Part shown: positions 19,301 through 30,465 of the stretch, piece after piece
Position numbering within the stretch: the stretch's first letter is position 1
How the letters are laid out: each line of letters begins with the position of its first letter
Sequence record: SRR20825019_620
Strand: one strand, 5' to 3'
Length of the DNA: 51,006 nucleotides
Made by a program: the position numbers and the translations under genes
The notes under the pieces: generated by a model
Told to the model about the DNA's origin: nothing
Seen by the model: the letters and a program-made list of their open reading frames with translations, nothing else
The model's database searches: none

Positions 19301-20997
19301 CCGTTTTGTGTTCCCGTAGTTGCGGTTGTGAATGTTCCAATATCGGCTGCACAATTGCAGGCTACGGGTGATGTTCCAGAAACAGAAAGCGTACACGCCA
19401 GATCGTCTGAGAAATAAACCGTAACTGTAAGCGGTGAACCATCGGCAGGAATCCCTGTTACCGTAAAATTATTCACTGCTCCGTCAACAAACGGTGGAAA
19501 AAATGTTTGGGTATATGTTCCTGAAGAATTGGTTACTTCAACGATAATGGTTCCTGTTCCAGGGTTACTGGAGTAAACAAAATCTCCTGTTACCTCAAAA
19601 ACACTTCCTGACATACATGGACTGACACTGGCATTTAGCGAACTAATAATACAACCAACGCACGGCGGGCCATCAACTACCACTATATCTATCACCTGCA
19701 CACAACCAAGATCATCCGTAACTGTAACAGTGTATGTTCCAGCAGCCAATCCTGTTAAAGTACTCACGCCTGGATTGTTGTTATCTGTTAGAAGAATAGC
19801 TCCTCCAGAATCCTCCCAAACATAATCGTATGGAGCTTGGCCACCTTGACCTTGAGCAGTTGCTTGTCCATTGGCATCTCCTTGACACACCGGTGCGGTA
19901 GATGTAATAAGTGGGGGATCACAGCAGATCACATAAGCGGTAAAGCTTGTTGATGCATCATCATTACAGCCATTGCTGGTCCAGTTACCTGATTCTCCAT
20001 CTCCCGAAGTATTAATTACAACGGAAAGATCAGCGCCTACAGCACATGGTCCAACTGTTAAATCGAAGCAAAACGTCCAGTTAAGCCCAGTTCCTGAGCA
20101 GTTATCTCCGTAATTATTCGCTGGATCTCCGTCTGGCGCGGGTGATCCAAATATATCGTAATCGTCATCAAAATAAAATCCTTGTCCCCAGTTTGCAGCA
20201 TTAACAACACCGATTCCCGCTGGGTAATAATCCCAATTCCCTCCACCAACTTGACATGTCGCTGCGGGTACTGGATTAGAAACTACGCCTGTCCAACCCG
20301 GACCGTAAGACAATTGTACTCCATGAAACCAATTTGTATTTTCTTGCTCCCACGCAGTTACCGTATAACAAAATGTAACTACTTGTCCAGGAGTGTACGC
20401 TCCGTTTACTGGTGTTGGTGAGGCGGTTAACGTACTTGTTCTCAAACAGTCATCACAATCAATATCATTATCGACGGCTATTGTGAAATTGTTGTCTGTC
20501 TGAGTGTCATTTGCTCCACTTATCTGAATGTAATACGTATTTCCAGGTATGATTTGGGTAACTGTCAAAAGTCCGTTTCCTGCTGCATTCAAAATAACAC
20601 ATCCACGTCCAGCAAGGTTATTACACGGTCCTTCCCAAAGTCCAAGTGACGCATTCGGAAAACCAGTTACATTAATATTAACCGTTGTTCCTGTCGCTAC
20701 GAATGAATACCAAGTATCGAGTGCTAACGAGGCCATACTTCCTCCTCCATTGCACGCAGTCATATACGAGTAAGGATTTTCAGCCACAGCGCCCACTGTT
20801 GATTGAGCTGTAAGCGTAACTGGTGCTCCATCTTGTAACCCCGTTAGTGTATTACATGCACCAGGTGTTGGCAGCGTTCCCATGCTTGTTGCGTTCGAAC
20901 AATCGTCGTTTGCAACTTGGGCGTTAATTACTCCTCCAATTAATGAAAACAGGCCTATGAGTAGAATCGCTTTATTTAGTTTAACCGACTTTCTCAT
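16390..20997 (-). CDS. Large T9SS type-B-CTD surface protein (adhesin-like) with Ig-like/PKD repeats
   Basis: Signal peptide INA-Q, ANDDCSNA N-terminal motif, SprB-like GGQAPYDYVW, repeated TYTxTGTDANGC modules, PKD WDFGD, C-terminal YVPNSFTPD...IFNRWGE...WNGTYGG...GHINLLK. Confidence 0.92.
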   Translation of the reverse strand: MRKSVKLNKAILLIGLFSLIGGVINAQVANDDCSNATSMGTLPTPGACNTLTGLQDGAPVTLTAQSTVGAVAENPYSYMTACNGGGSMASLALDTWYSFVATGTTVNINVTGFPNASLGLWEGPCNNLAGRGCVILNAAGNGLLTVTQIIPGNTYYIQISGANDTQTDNNFTIAVDNDIDCDDCLRTSTLTASPTPVNGAYTPGQVVTFCYTVTAWEQENTNWFHGVQLSYGPGWTGVVSNPVPAATCQVGGGNWDYYPAGIGVVNAANWGQGFYFDDDYDIFGSPAPDGDPANNYGDNCSGTGLNWTFCFDLTVGPCAVGADLSVVINTSGDGESGNWTSNGCNDDASTSFTAYVICCDPPLITSTAPVCQGDANGQATAQGQGGQAPYDYVWEDSGGAILLTDNNNPGVSTLTGLAAGTYTVTVTDDLGCVQVIDIVVVDGPPCVGCIISSLNASVSPCMSGSVFEVTGDFVYSSNPGTGTIIVEVTNSSGTYTQTFFPPFVDGAVNNFTVTGIPADGSPLTVTVYFSDDLACTLSVSGTSPVACNCAADIGTFTTATTGTQNGNDFILCWDETVDFTSNGDWTAAAEVFSPPGPVYDPGVSWLIYSCPPTLGLVPNTNPADAIENDPCLEFIVTGPNFSDFNDLYWVNQAIANGGSIPVNNTLYFMPITMYSISGNTYSYVNTSLPCYEVGPIFSVQYLVDITETSVEDCTAGTVSTTVSGGLPAMNGSNFTVQNVLPVTATVNTGTAPNNGTVVVGGLQDGDVYSFDVVDGNGCSITITGTFVGLEDASFSYPQTNYCANAANPTPTITGDPGGTFSSTAGLSINSVTGVINIAASTPGTYVVTYTTPDPICFASSTFNLTINPLPTVDGNDETICDGDAVTLNGTGAVSYTWNNGVTNGVAFTPSATTTYTVTGTDANGCVGTGTALVTINPNPSPVITGASTYCTGSFSTLSTTIAYTTYSWSTGDLTATTDVTDLDNPITVTVTDANGCSGTSAVFTVTELTSTTYNSSVTICQGQSILIHGNLESTAGVYSETFPLPGGCDSTSNVTLNVNPLPVVDAGANQTVCDGVLTTLSGSGAATLAWDNGVTDGIPFQQAVGTITYTLTGTDANGCQNTDQVDVTINPLPVIDAGPDQFMCSGIPVTLNGSGATTLSWNNGVTDGVPFNSPIGTTTYTLTGTDANGCSSTDQVDVTVYPLPIVNAGSDVTVCEGSVITLSGSGASSYSWTSGVVDGLPFVTVSTQTYTVTGTDVNGCQDDDDVTITVEPIPDVSFVGNVLSGCAPLTVTFTNTTSGSLVDCEWVFSNGTILTGCGSVTTTFLNAGLYDVTLNVTTANGCSNSTTYTDYIYVEAYPNASFTPSATVVDNFGTLIDFTNTSTGATSYLWDFGDNTGGSVQTSPSHEFPDETSGAYLVELIAYSPLGCPDTAYVTIQVNEEVIFYVPNSFTPDSDHYNETFQPVFSSGFDPFDYTLLIFNRWGEVLFESHNAEIGWNGTYGGELMQDGTYTWKIEFKTLSSDERRVVHGHINLLK
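17190..18400 (-). repeat. Intragenic ~70-aa Ig-like repeats (three tandem copies plus further diverged copies)
   Basis: Protein repeat NPLPxxDAGxxQxxCxG..TLxGSGA..WxNGVTDG..TYTLTGTDANGC; identical 21-mer GTTACATCCACTTGATCTGTA at 17402 and 17615 (213-nt period); boundaries approximate. Confidence 0.85.
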
Positions 20998-21344
20998 CTT
21001 TCTTGGGGATTAATTGTGGACGGTCGAACCTTTGTAGGAGTGCTTGCCGCTTGTCTCATAACGAGGTGCGTTCCTATGATTGAATAGGATTGTTCGACAA
21101 AAATAAACTCATCATTTTGCCCACAAGATCCGTTGGCGGGAAGAATATTAATTAATGCGCCGTCATCGAGAGTAATTTCCCTTGCTTTATTCTTGTAACT
21201 TCTATCACACCAGTCAATTGAACTAAAAACAAGCTCAATTTCTGCTTGAGAATAACTTGAACCTAGGTTTTCAATTTCGTAGCTTTGAGAAAAAACGGAA
21301 GCGTTAAGACATAAAAATGTCAGAATTATCAGTAAATGTTTCAT
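20994..21344 (-). CDS. Small secreted hypothetical protein
   Basis: Signal peptide VFS-Q; stop overlaps the next ATG (ATGA). Confidence 0.75.
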   Translation of the reverse strand: MKHLLIILTFLCLNASVFSQSYEIENLGSSYSQAEIELVFSSIDWCDRSYKNKAREITLDDGALINILPANGSCGQNDEFIFVEQSYSIIGTHLVMRQAASTPTKVRPSTINPQER

Positions 21345-21363
21345 TTGATTAGAATTAATTCAA

Positions 21364-21636
21364 CTATTTCTTATCACGTAAATCTGGAAGTTCAATTTCG
21401 CTTTCGGCTTCCTTTTCCTCCTTTTTTGCGGGAGGTAAAGTAGTTTTTGAAGCTCTTGGCTTTCGAACCTTGGATTCACTGATTTGACCTTGATTTGTTA
21501 CCGTTTCTGAAGTAACGGTGGAAGAATTTGTTGCTGAATTTTCTTGAGTTGGTGTTTTGCTTTCTAAAGTTTGAGCATTATAAGAAATGCACATAGCACA
21601 AGACGCCATTGTTAGTAGTAATCGCATAGCATTCAA
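21364..21636 (-). CDS. Small secreted low-complexity hypothetical protein
   Basis: Signal peptide YNA-Q; S/T/E/K-rich mature part; start may be the ATG at 21627. Confidence 0.65.
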   Translation of the reverse strand: MNAMRLLLTMASCAMCISYNAQTLESKTPTQENSATNSSTVTSETVTNQGQISESKVRKPRASKTTLPPAKKEEKEAESEIELPDLRDKK

Positions 21637-21733
21637 TTGGTTTAGTTGCCATAAGGCTGCAACAAATTACTAAATTATTGTCTAGCGTCAATAAAAAAAC
21701 CGTAAAAAAAGTGTTATGCCTGAGATAATCCGA

Positions 21734-22627
21734 TTAAGCTAGCCAGTCAATTCCCTTACTTAACATGGAAAGTGTTTGAGCTTCTTTGGAGTCAGGTTCT
21801 GGGACAAAATTGTACTCCCAATTCGCATCATTTGGTAAACTCATGAGAATGGATTCTGTTCTACCGCCGGAATACAATCCGAACTTGGTTCCACGATCGT
21901 GCACGAGATTAAACTCTACGTATCTTCCGCGTCTAAGGTTCATCCAAGACTTTTCTTCGGGCAACATGGGAATTTTTTTGCCCGCAATTACTTGTTCTTC
22001 GTAAAGACTTGCGAATGAATCCCCAAGTTCAATGCAAAAGTTGAGTAATTGCTCTTTGCTGATTTCTTCCGTTTCTTGCTGATGATCGAAGAAGATTCCT
22101 CCGATTCCGCGTGTTTCGTTTCTATGTGGAATAAAGAAATAATCATCTGCCCAATCTTTGAACTTCGCGTAAAATTCTGAATGGTATTTATCGCAGACAT
22201 TCTTTAATCTTTTATGAAATTTCTTTGCCAACTCGTTTGATACGTAGTGTGGAGTTAAATCAATTCCTCCTCCGAACCAATACGTACCTTCATCGGTTTC
22301 AAAATAGCGAACATTCATGTGGATAATCGGCAAATGCGCATTATTCGGATGCAACACAATTGAAACTCCTGTGGCAAAAAAATGGTTTCCTTTGATTTCA
22401 GTATTCTGCTTCATCATGGGAGTTACCTCTCCAAAGACTTCGGAAAAATTAATCCCACCTTTCTCGATGACATCTCCTCCTCGCAGAATTCGTGTTCTTC
22501 CTCCTCCTCCTTCTTCTCTTGACCAAAGATCTTCTTTGAAAGATTCTTTTCCGTCAATCAACTCAATTCGCTTACAAATTCGATCTTGCAAGCGTTGCAT
22601 TTCCTCAGAAATAAATTCTTTAGTCAT
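21734..22627 (-). CDS. hemF: Oxygen-dependent coproporphyrinogen III oxidase
   Basis: GGGGRTR, EKGGINFS, HMNVRYF, WFGGGIDLTP, RGIGGIFFD, RRGRYVEFNLVHDRGTKFGL, ESILMSLP. Confidence 0.97.
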   Translation of the reverse strand: MTKEFISEEMQRLQDRICKRIELIDGKESFKEDLWSREEGGGGRTRILRGGDVIEKGGINFSEVFGEVTPMMKQNTEIKGNHFFATGVSIVLHPNNAHLPIIHMNVRYFETDEGTYWFGGGIDLTPHYVSNELAKKFHKRLKNVCDKYHSEFYAKFKDWADDYFFIPHRNETRGIGGIFFDHQQETEEISKEQLLNFCIELGDSFASLYEEQVIAGKKIPMLPEEKSWMNLRRGRYVEFNLVHDRGTKFGLYSGGRTESILMSLPNDANWEYNFVPEPDSKEAQTLSMLSKGIDWLA

Positions 22628-24419
22628 TAATCGCCTCGCTATCTTTCATTTCATAATCTTCTTGACGAATCACGAAAATTCCAGAATTTACATATCCGTC
22701 TGCTGGAGAAACTTGTTCCATTTGAAAGCGAGTCATGACGCTATTTGGTGCTTTTCCTTGTAAGAAGAAAGTCGTACAGAAATAATTCACAACATCGTAA
22801 CCATGAACTGCCAATCTATTTAAGTCTGTTCGATACAATTCTCTGTATTTTCGATTCAGTTTAACCGTTGGCTCGGAGTAATAATCTAAGAAATTTGGAC
22901 TTGCGAAAGAGAAGTTGTACTTATTCTTGTACATATTACTGATATCCGTAAAGTTGATCCATTCCTTTGTTCCGTATACATACAAATTCTTTGGATTCGT
23001 CTTGTAAGCCACTTTATTTAGTGCATTCATGAATTTCATTGCCGTTTGACGATCGTTTGTAGGAATAACTAAGATCGTATTCACGCCACGTACAATCTCC
23101 GAAGAAAACGTCGACATCGTTGATTCAATCAATGTAACATTGTGTCTTCCTTTCAAGAATGCCGATTTGAACGATTCATAAAGCGGTAAATCAGCTTCTT
23201 TTTCTGGTTTAATCAACACAATTCGGTCGTTGGCATTTTTCACCAACATATATTCTGCCAGGCTTTCCATTAAATCTTCCGAAGATGGAACCGCTTGATA
23301 GACCAATCTATTACCGATTAATTTTTCACTTGGTAGTGCTGTAGGAACAACCATTCTGATTTTGTTCATTTTACAGAATTCAGCTACTTGATCAAAATTC
23401 TCATCGAAAAATGGTCCGATGATCAGGTCTGCATCCAAGGTCTTTGGGTCTTTTAAAATATTCGCTACCGTTGCCGAATCATTCTTTGTATCGAGTACAC
23501 GAACGGTCATTTTCAACCCTCTTTTCTCTAGACTATCCAAAGCGATCTTTGCTCCCATATAAAATCGAGTAGCTAAGTCAGTTATTTGTTTTGAAGCGTT
23601 TGCACCACCATCGAGTGAAAATGGCAACAACATTATCATCGTGTAATTTTCTTTTCTCTCAAAAACGATTGGCTCACTTCCATTTGGATCATATCCTGAC
23701 GGTACGGGCTTAATTTCCACTCTGTCGACGCGCTCTTGCTTGATTGGAATAATTAAAATTTGTCCTTCTTTAATAGCAGTGGATTTTAATCCGTTTACTG
23801 CCATAATTTCATCTACAGAAACCATGAATCGTTTTGAAACGCTGTACATTGTTTCATGCGACATTACAATATGACGAATTGTTGAATCGCTAAAAGAAAA
23901 GCTCACCTGCTCTACCGATCCATCTTTTTTCGTTACCGTATCCGTAATAAAAGGATTTGGAACGTTCGAGAATGGATTTTCAGCGACAGGAGTCACGTTA
24001 GAACCACTACTACTCGCGGGAACCTTAATTTCTTGTCCCTTTTTCAAACCATCTTTCAACTCTGGATTTAACGCAATAAGATCATCTACAGAAATCTCAA
24101 ACTTCTTAGAAAGTCCATAAAGCGTTTCATCCTTCTTCACTTTATATGTCTCCGTTGGAATTTTGGCAATAGATGCTTGCGTAACTGGAATAAGAACAAC
24201 TTGACCATTTCTGAGTCCGTTTTTCAACTCTGGATTCTGAGCTACGATCTCTTCAACACTTACGCCATAAGCTTGTTGTAAACCCCAAAGCGTATTTCCA
24301 GATTCCACTTTGTGCTCATAGTATTTCTTTCCGTTAACCTCTTTTACAGGAGTAATCCCTGGCTGAGCCCATCCAACACAGGCAAACCCTAAAAAAAGGA
24401 AGATCAATAGTTTGTTCAT
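22620..24419 (-). CDS. Periplasmic protein with three LysM domains and a C-terminal type-1 periplasmic-binding-protein-like domain
   Basis: Signal peptide GWA-Q; LysM motifs HKVESGNTLWG, YKVKKDETLYG, HIVMSHETMYS; LLPF...FYMGAKIALDSL...DLIIGPFF. Confidence 0.88.
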   Translation of the reverse strand: MNKLLIFLFLGFACVGWAQPGITPVKEVNGKKYYEHKVESGNTLWGLQQAYGVSVEEIVAQNPELKNGLRNGQVVLIPVTQASIAKIPTETYKVKKDETLYGLSKKFEISVDDLIALNPELKDGLKKGQEIKVPASSSGSNVTPVAENPFSNVPNPFITDTVTKKDGSVEQVSFSFSDSTIRHIVMSHETMYSVSKRFMVSVDEIMAVNGLKSTAIKEGQILIIPIKQERVDRVEIKPVPSGYDPNGSEPIVFERKENYTMIMLLPFSLDGGANASKQITDLATRFYMGAKIALDSLEKRGLKMTVRVLDTKNDSATVANILKDPKTLDADLIIGPFFDENFDQVAEFCKMNKIRMVVPTALPSEKLIGNRLVYQAVPSSEDLMESLAEYMLVKNANDRIVLIKPEKEADLPLYESFKSAFLKGRHNVTLIESTMSTFSSEIVRGVNTILVIPTNDRQTAMKFMNALNKVAYKTNPKNLYVYGTKEWINFTDISNMYKNKYNFSFASPNFLDYYSEPTVKLNRKYRELYRTDLNRLAVHGYDVVNYFCTTFFLQGKAPNSVMTRFQMEQVSPADGYVNSGIFVIRQEDYEMKDSEAIND

Positions 24420-24469
24420 AGAATAAATTTACGCAATAGATTTTACAATTCGTGTGCCATATTCGGCAA

Positions 24470-26002
24470 CTACTCCCATTCTATCGTTGCTGGCGGCTTC
24501 GAACTAATATCGTAAGTAACTCGGTTAATCCCTTTTACTTGATTAATTATTTTATTTGAAACTTTCGCTAAGAACTCATAAGGCAAATGACACCAATCGG
24601 CAGTCATTCCGTCTGTAGACGTTACCGCTCGCAATGCAACAGCGTTCTCATAAGTGCGTTCATCTCCCATTACTCCAACAGACTGAATTGGAAGGAATAT
24701 TGCTCCTGCTTGCCAAACGTCGTCGTACAATCCATCTTCTTTCAAGGTAGAGATGAAAATATGATCTACTTCTTGAAGAATTCTTACTTTTTCCGCTGTT
24801 ACGTCTCCCAAAATTCGAATTCCTAAACCTGGACCAGGGAACGGGTGACGACCTAAAATTCGCTCATCCATTTCCATTGATCGTCCTATTCTTCGAACTT
24901 CATCTTTAAATAACAATCGAAGTGGCTCAATTACCTTTAACTTCATATAGTCTGGAAGTCCACCAACATTGTGGTGAGATTTTATCGTTTGGCTTGGTCC
25001 ACCAGATACCGAAACAGATTCGATAACATCTGGGTAAATTGTACCCTGTCCAAGCCATTTTGCGTCTTCCACCAATTTTGATTCGTCATCGAAAACATCC
25101 ACGAATACTTTTCCAATCGCTTTTCTTTTCAACTCTGGATCTGTTAATCCACTTAAAGCATCGTAAAAGCGTTGACTTGCATCCACTCCTTTGACATTTA
25201 AGCCCATGTCTTTGTATGAATCTAGAACAGATGCGAACTCATTTTTTCTCAACAAGCCATTATCCACAAAAATGCAATGAAGGTTTGCTCCAATTGCTTT
25301 GTGAAGAAGTACCGCAGCTACTGAAGAATCTACTCCTCCAGAAAGTCCAAGAATTACTTTATCATTTCCAAGTTGATCTGCGAGACTTTTTACCGTTTCA
25401 TCTACAAACGAATCTGGTGTCCAATCTTGCGCGCATTTGCACACGTCAGCAATAAAGTTCTTTAACAAAACGATTCCTTCCAATGAATGATAAACTTCTG
25501 GATGGAATTGAATTCCAAACGTGTCTTCTCCTTCAATATGAAAACCAGCGATCGTAACATCTTTTGTACTCGCAATTATTTTATAATTATCTGGGACGTT
25601 TTTGATTGTATCTCCATGAGACATCCAAACTTGCGAACCAACAGACATTCCTTTCGTTAAAATATTCGATTCATCCACTGACGATAAATTCGCGCGGCCA
25701 TATTCTCTAATTGTTGAAGGCAATACCTCTCCGCCAAAATTATTCGCTAAGTACTGAGCACCAAAGCACACTCCTAACAAAGGGAATTTTCCCTTAATCG
25801 CAGATAAATCTGGTTTCGGTGCGTTCACATCAAGTGTTGAAAAAGGGCTTCCCGAAAGAATAACACCTTTCACGTTAGATCCAATTTCTGGACACTTATT
25901 CCAAGGATGGATTTCACAATAAACATTGAGCTCTCTCACTCGTCTTGCGATCAATTGAGTATATTGAGAACCGAAATCTAAAATCAAAATCATTTCATGC
26001 AT
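24470..26002 (-). CDS. guaA: GMP synthase (glutamine-hydrolysing)
   Basis: [74 protein letters not shown]. Confidence 0.99.
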   Translation of the reverse strand: MHEMILILDFGSQYTQLIARRVRELNVYCEIHPWNKCPEIGSNVKGVILSGSPFSTLDVNAPKPDLSAIKGKFPLLGVCFGAQYLANNFGGEVLPSTIREYGRANLSSVDESNILTKGMSVGSQVWMSHGDTIKNVPDNYKIIASTKDVTIAGFHIEGEDTFGIQFHPEVYHSLEGIVLLKNFIADVCKCAQDWTPDSFVDETVKSLADQLGNDKVILGLSGGVDSSVAAVLLHKAIGANLHCIFVDNGLLRKNEFASVLDSYKDMGLNVKGVDASQRFYDALSGLTDPELKRKAIGKVFVDVFDDESKLVEDAKWLGQGTIYPDVIESVSVSGGPSQTIKSHHNVGGLPDYMKLKVIEPLRLLFKDEVRRIGRSMEMDERILGRHPFPGPGLGIRILGDVTAEKVRILQEVDHIFISTLKEDGLYDDVWQAGAIFLPIQSVGVMGDERTYENAVALRAVTSTDGMTADWCHLPYEFLAKVSNKIINQVKGINRVTYDISSKPPATIEWE

Positions 26003-26006
26003 GGCG

Positions 26007-26014
26007 CAAAAATA
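26007..26014 (-). promoter_or_regulatory. sigma-A -7 element of guaA
   Basis: TATTTTTG on the minus strand, 4 nt before ATG 26002. Confidence 0.6.
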
Positions 26015-26222
26015 CGATGAACGAACGATTTGAAGACCTCAACTTGAGATAATTTATCAACTTTTGGCTGAACAAAACTAAAATTGGCTGTTAGAAAAGA
26101 CATTTTGTCAGTTTAAACCCATTTGGAATGGTTTGTGACAAATTGCAACGAAACTACTCCATAAGAGAAGTTAGCGTGATTAGATTTATTACTTTTACAC
26201 CTCGTTTTTTAAACCTAGAATT

Positions 26223-29200
26223 TTGAGCATACTTAAGAAACTCTTCGGAGATAAATCAAAAAAAGATAGAAAAGAATATCAACCATCCATTGATGAATCA
26301 AATAGATTTGGTGCAGAGCTAATCAACATTAGTGATGACGACCTGCGTGCGAGAACTGCCAAGTTTAAGCAATTCATAAAGGAAGGAACTGCTGACCTAG
26401 AGAAGCAATTGGTTGAGTTGAATCGTAAAACAAACGACGGTTCTACCGCTGTTCAGGATAAAGAAGAACTATTTGAGCAAATTGACAAGCTTAAAAAGGA
26501 AATCGACGAGAAGATTGAAGAGCTCCTTGAAGTTATTCGTCCAGAAGCATTCGCCGTTGTTAAAGAAACAGCCAGAAGATGGAGTGAGAAAGGTGACCTA
26601 AAAGTTACGGCTCAAGATTTCGATAGAGAGTTGGCTACGCAAAAAGATGGAATTACCATAGACGGAGACACTGCAATTTGGCATAAAGACTGGACGGCAG
26701 CTGGTGGCGCAGTAACATGGAACATGGTTCACTACGATGTTCAATTGATGGGTGGTGCTGTATTGCACAAAGGAAATATTGCGGAGATGCAAACGGGAGA
26801 AGGAAAAACCCTCGTTGCAACACTTCCTGTTTACTTGAATGCTCTTTCAGGAAAAGGTGTTCACGTTGTTACCGTAAATGATTACTTGGCGAAACGTGAC
26901 TCCGAATGGATGGGACCACTTTACCAATTCCACGGACTATCTGTAGATTGTATCGACAAACACCGTCCGAACTCTGAAGAAAGACGTGCAGCATACAAGA
27001 AGGACATTATTTTTGGAACAAATAACGAGTTTGGATTTGATTACCTCCGTGACAACATGGCAGGAAGTCCAGATGATTTAGTTCAACAAAAACATAATTA
27101 CGCAATTATCGATGAGGTCGATTCTGTATTGATTGATGACGCAAGAACGCCGTTAATCATCTCAGGGCCAACTCCAAGAGGTGATCAACATGAGTTTTAT
27201 CAGTTGAAACCACGCGTTGAACAAATCGTTGAAGCTCAAAGAAAATATGTGAATCAATGTCTAGCAGAGGCAAAAAAATTGCTTATTGTTATTAATGGCG
27301 CGCCAGAAAACGGGCAAGATCCAAAAGCCATGCTTGAAGCAGGAGGAATTTCTTTACTTCGTGCTCATCGCGGACTTCCAAAAAATAAAGCATTAATCAA
27401 ATACCTTTCTGAACCTGGAATTAAGGCTCACTTGCAGAAAACTGAGAATTTCTACATGCAAGAGCAAGGAAAGAAAATGAAAATCATTGATAACGAATTA
27501 TTCTTCGTTATTGATGAAAAGAACAATACAATTGAACTTACAGGAAAAGGAATTGATCTAATCTCAGGAAATGATGAACGCGAGTTCTTCGTAATGCCAG
27601 ATATCGGAGCTGAGATTGCAGAATTGAAGTCTCAAAATCTTTCTCCAGATGATTTCGTTACTCAGAAGGATGCAATGATTCGCGATTACAGTATCAAATC
27701 TGAACGGATTCACTCTGTAAACCAATTATTGAAAGCATATACACTTTTCGAAAAAGAAGTTGAGTATGTTATCTTAGACGGTAAAGTGAAAATTGTTGAT
27801 GAGTCTACAGGTCGTATTATGGAAGGAAGACGTTATTCTGACGGACTCCACCAAGCGATTGAAGCGAAAGAAGATGTAAAAGTAGAGGCTGCAACACAAA
27901 CTTACGCTTCTATTACACTTCAAAATTATTTCAGAATGTACCACAAGTTGGCTGGTATGACTGGAACGGCGGAAACTGAAGCTAAAGAATTCTGGGACAT
28001 CTATAAATTAGACGTTGTTGTGATCCCGACGAATAGACCGATTCAACGTAAAGATTTGAACGATTTTGTTTTTAAAACAGGACGTGAAAAGTACACAGCT
28101 GTAATTGAAGAAATTGAGCGATTGGTTGGAGATAAGCGTCCGGTTCTTGTAGGAACAACAACCGTAGAGATTTCTGAGTTATTGAGCCGAATGCTTAAAA
28201 TGAAAGGAATCACTCACCAAGTATTGAACGCCAAGTACCACCAACGTGAGGCAGAAATTGTTGCTGAAGCAGGTAAACCAGGAGCGGTAACTATCGCAAC
28301 CAACATGGCTGGTCGTGGAACTGACATTAAACTTGGAGAAGGAGTTAAAGAAGCTGGAGGTCTTGCAATCGTTGGTACTGAGCGTCATGATTCACGTCGT
28401 GTTGACAGACAGCTTAGAGGTCGTTCAGGTCGACAAGGAGATCCAGGATCATCTCAATTCTTTGTTTCATTGGAAGATGATTTGATGCGTAAGTTTGGTT
28501 CTGAGCGAATTGCAAAGCTGATGGACCGAATGGGATTGAAAGAAGGCGAAGTCATTACGCACAGTATGGTTTCTAAGTCAATCGAGAGAGCGCAGAAAAA
28601 AGTAGAAGAGAATAACTTCGGAAGTCGTAAGCGTTTGCTTGAATACGATGATGTTATGAACGCTCAACGTAAGGCGATTTACAAGAAACGGAGAAATGCC
28701 TTGTTCGGAGATCGTTTGGACATCGACATCGATAATATGTTCTACGATGTTGCGGAGCACATTACAGTTAATAGAAACACGAAAGATTTCGCTGGGTTTG
28801 AAGAAGAATTAATTCGTACCCTCGGAATTGAGTCACCGATTAGTAAAGAAGAATATCCTTCTGCTGATGCGATTGACTTAACGAATAAAATTTACGAAAA
28901 CTTGCGTTCTTATTACGATCGTAAGACTTCTAAAATTGCGGAAAGAGCAATGCCTCAAATTAAGCATGTTCACGAAACAATGGCAGATAAATACAAGAAC
29001 ATTGTATTCCCATTGACAGATGGAACGCGTGAAATTCAATTGGTTGTTAACTTGGAAGATGCTTACAAAAGTGGTGGAACGATCATCACTAGAACTTTCG
29101 AGAAAAATATCATCTTAGGAATGATAGACAACGAATGGAAAGAGCATTTGAGAGAAATGGATGATCTTCGTTCTGCAGTACACAATGCGCAGTACGAGCA

Positions 29201-29555
29201 AAAAGATCCTCTTTTGGTCTACAAATTGGAGTCTTTCGAGTTGTTTAAATCGATGCTTTCACGTTTGAACAATGAGACAATGGATTTGTTAATGAAATTG
29301 GACATTCCACAAACTCAAGACATTCAATCTACGAATCAGAGTGCCGCGAGTCAGAACAATTATGCTAAGGGGCAAACAAATTCTGTTGAAGAACCAGAAA
29401 TTGCGGGTCGTGAAGGATATCAAGAAGCAATTGCAAACTCTGCACAACGTCCTGAGATCAAGAAACAACCAGTAGTTGCAGAAAAAACAGTAGGTCGAAA
29501 TGATCCATGTCCATGTGGAAGTGGAAAAAAATATAAGCAGTGTCACGGCAAATAA
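26223..29555 (+). CDS. secA: Preprotein translocase subunit SecA
   Basis: [66 protein letters not shown]-terminal [22 protein letters not shown] start. Confidence 0.99.
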   Translation: MSILKKLFGDKSKKDRKEYQPSIDESNRFGAELINISDDDLRARTAKFKQFIKEGTADLEKQLVELNRKTNDGSTAVQDKEELFEQIDKLKKEIDEKIEELLEVIRPEAFAVVKETARRWSEKGDLKVTAQDFDRELATQKDGITIDGDTAIWHKDWTAAGGAVTWNMVHYDVQLMGGAVLHKGNIAEMQTGEGKTLVATLPVYLNALSGKGVHVVTVNDYLAKRDSEWMGPLYQFHGLSVDCIDKHRPNSEERRAAYKKDIIFGTNNEFGFDYLRDNMAGSPDDLVQQKHNYAIIDEVDSVLIDDARTPLIISGPTPRGDQHEFYQLKPRVEQIVEAQRKYVNQCLAEAKKLLIVINGAPENGQDPKAMLEAGGISLLRAHRGLPKNKALIKYLSEPGIKAHLQKTENFYMQEQGKKMKIIDNELFFVIDEKNNTIELTGKGIDLISGNDEREFFVMPDIGAEIAELKSQNLSPDDFVTQKDAMIRDYSIKSERIHSVNQLLKAYTLFEKEVEYVILDGKVKIVDESTGRIMEGRRYSDGLHQAIEAKEDVKVEAATQTYASITLQNYFRMYHKLAGMTGTAETEAKEFWDIYKLDVVVIPTNRPIQRKDLNDFVFKTGREKYTAVIEEIERLVGDKRPVLVGTTTVEISELLSRMLKMKGITHQVLNAKYHQREAEIVAEAGKPGAVTIATNMAGRGTDIKLGEGVKEAGGLAIVGTERHDSRRVDRQLRGRSGRQGDPGSSQFFVSLEDDLMRKFGSERIAKLMDRMGLKEGEVITHSMVSKSIERAQKKVEENNFGSRKRLLEYDDVMNAQRKAIYKKRRNALFGDRLDIDIDNMFYDVAEHITVNRNTKDFAGFEEELIRTLGIESPISKEEYPSADAIDLTNKIYENLRSYYDRKTSKIAERAMPQIKHVHETMADKYKNIVFPLTDGTREIQLVVNLEDAYKSGGTIITRTFEKNIILGMIDNEWKEHLREMDDLRSAVHNAQYEQKDPLLVYKLESFELFKSMLSRLNNETMDLLMKLDIPQTQDIQSTNQSAASQNNYAKGQTNSVEEPEIAGREGYQEAIANSAQRPEIKKQPVVAEKTVGRNDPCPCGSGKKYKQCHGK

Positions 29556-29575
29556 GACATTGTTTTCAAAAAATC

Positions 29576-29613
29576 AAAAGCGGATGGTTCATTTTGAATC
29601 GTCCGCTTTTTTG
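29576..29613 (+). terminator. Intrinsic terminator after secA
   Basis: AAAAGCGGATGGTTC-ATTTT-GAATCGTCCGCTTTTTT. Confidence 0.9.
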
Positions 29614-29700
29614 TTTGCATCACCCGATAATCTCACACTTTTCAGAATAAAAAAGACAAAATAAGACAGAATATCAGCGATGATTTCGGATATTTGAAAG

Positions 29701-30465
29701 GTGAAAAATACACTCCAAAAAATTTCAGTAGTTGGGTATGGGAATGTTTCATCTCATTTAATTAAAGCATTCGAGGAACAAGGCATTATTGTTTCGGATC
29801 TCGTCGTAAGAAATAGAGAAAGTCTTAGTGAATCTTCTTTCAATGGAACGGTTCATACTTCTGCTTCTTCCCTTCCCGATAATCAAATGGTGCTTGTGTG
29901 TGTTCCTGACGACGCAATAAGCGAGGTGTTAAGCACTATTCCTCAAAGTTGCCCTGTTGCATACACTTCCGGGTCTGTGGATCTGAAATCACTTCCAACG
30001 AGGGAGAATTTAGGGGTCTTTTATCCACTTCAGACATTTTCCAAAAAAATCGATTTAAACATCTTTGAGGTTCCATTTTTTATCGAGGCGACAAATACAG
30101 ATTTCGGATCACAACTTTTCGATCTGGCATGGACGATTAGTAGAACAGTTACTTATGCCAATTCTGAAGACCGAAAAAAACTTCACCTTGCCGCTGTTTG
30201 GGTAAACAATTTCACCAATCATGTGAACCATATCGCATTCAACTATTTGGAAAAAAATGGGATGAGTTTCGATCACTTGCGTCCATTATTAAAAGAAACT
30301 GCACGTAAAATTTCAATTGAAACTCCTTACAACGCACAAACTGGACCCGCTCGACGAAATGACTCTCATGTGATTGAAGAACATTTATCGATCCTCACTG
30401 GAGATCGCAAAGAAATTTATCGCTTATTATCTAAAAGCATCAAAGACACATACACGAATGATTAG
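29701..30465 (+). CDS. Rossmann-like plus DUF2520 domain oxidoreductase (PanG-like ketopantoate reductase candidate)
   Basis: VVGYGNV, CVPDDAI, YTSGS, FYPLQTFSK, LHLAAV..NNFTNH, QTGPARRND; GTG start. Confidence 0.85.
   Translation: MKNTLQKISVVGYGNVSSHLIKAFEEQGIIVSDLVVRNRESLSESSFNGTVHTSASSLPDNQMVLVCVPDDAISEVLSTIPQSCPVAYTSGSVDLKSLPTRENLGVFYPLQTFSKKIDLNIFEVPFFIEATNTDFGSQLFDLAWTISRTVTYANSEDRKKLHLAAVWVNNFTNHVNHIAFNYLEKNGMSFDHLRPLLKETARKISIETPYNAQTGPARRNDSHVIEEHLSILTGDRKEIYRLLSKSIKDTYTND

Noticed and set aside
22317-22763. 148-aa plus-strand ORF
   Set aside because: Antisense to hemF and the LysM gene
26223-29555. SecA about 200 aa longer than the E. coli protein
   Set aside because: Long SecA with insertions is normal for Bacteroidota
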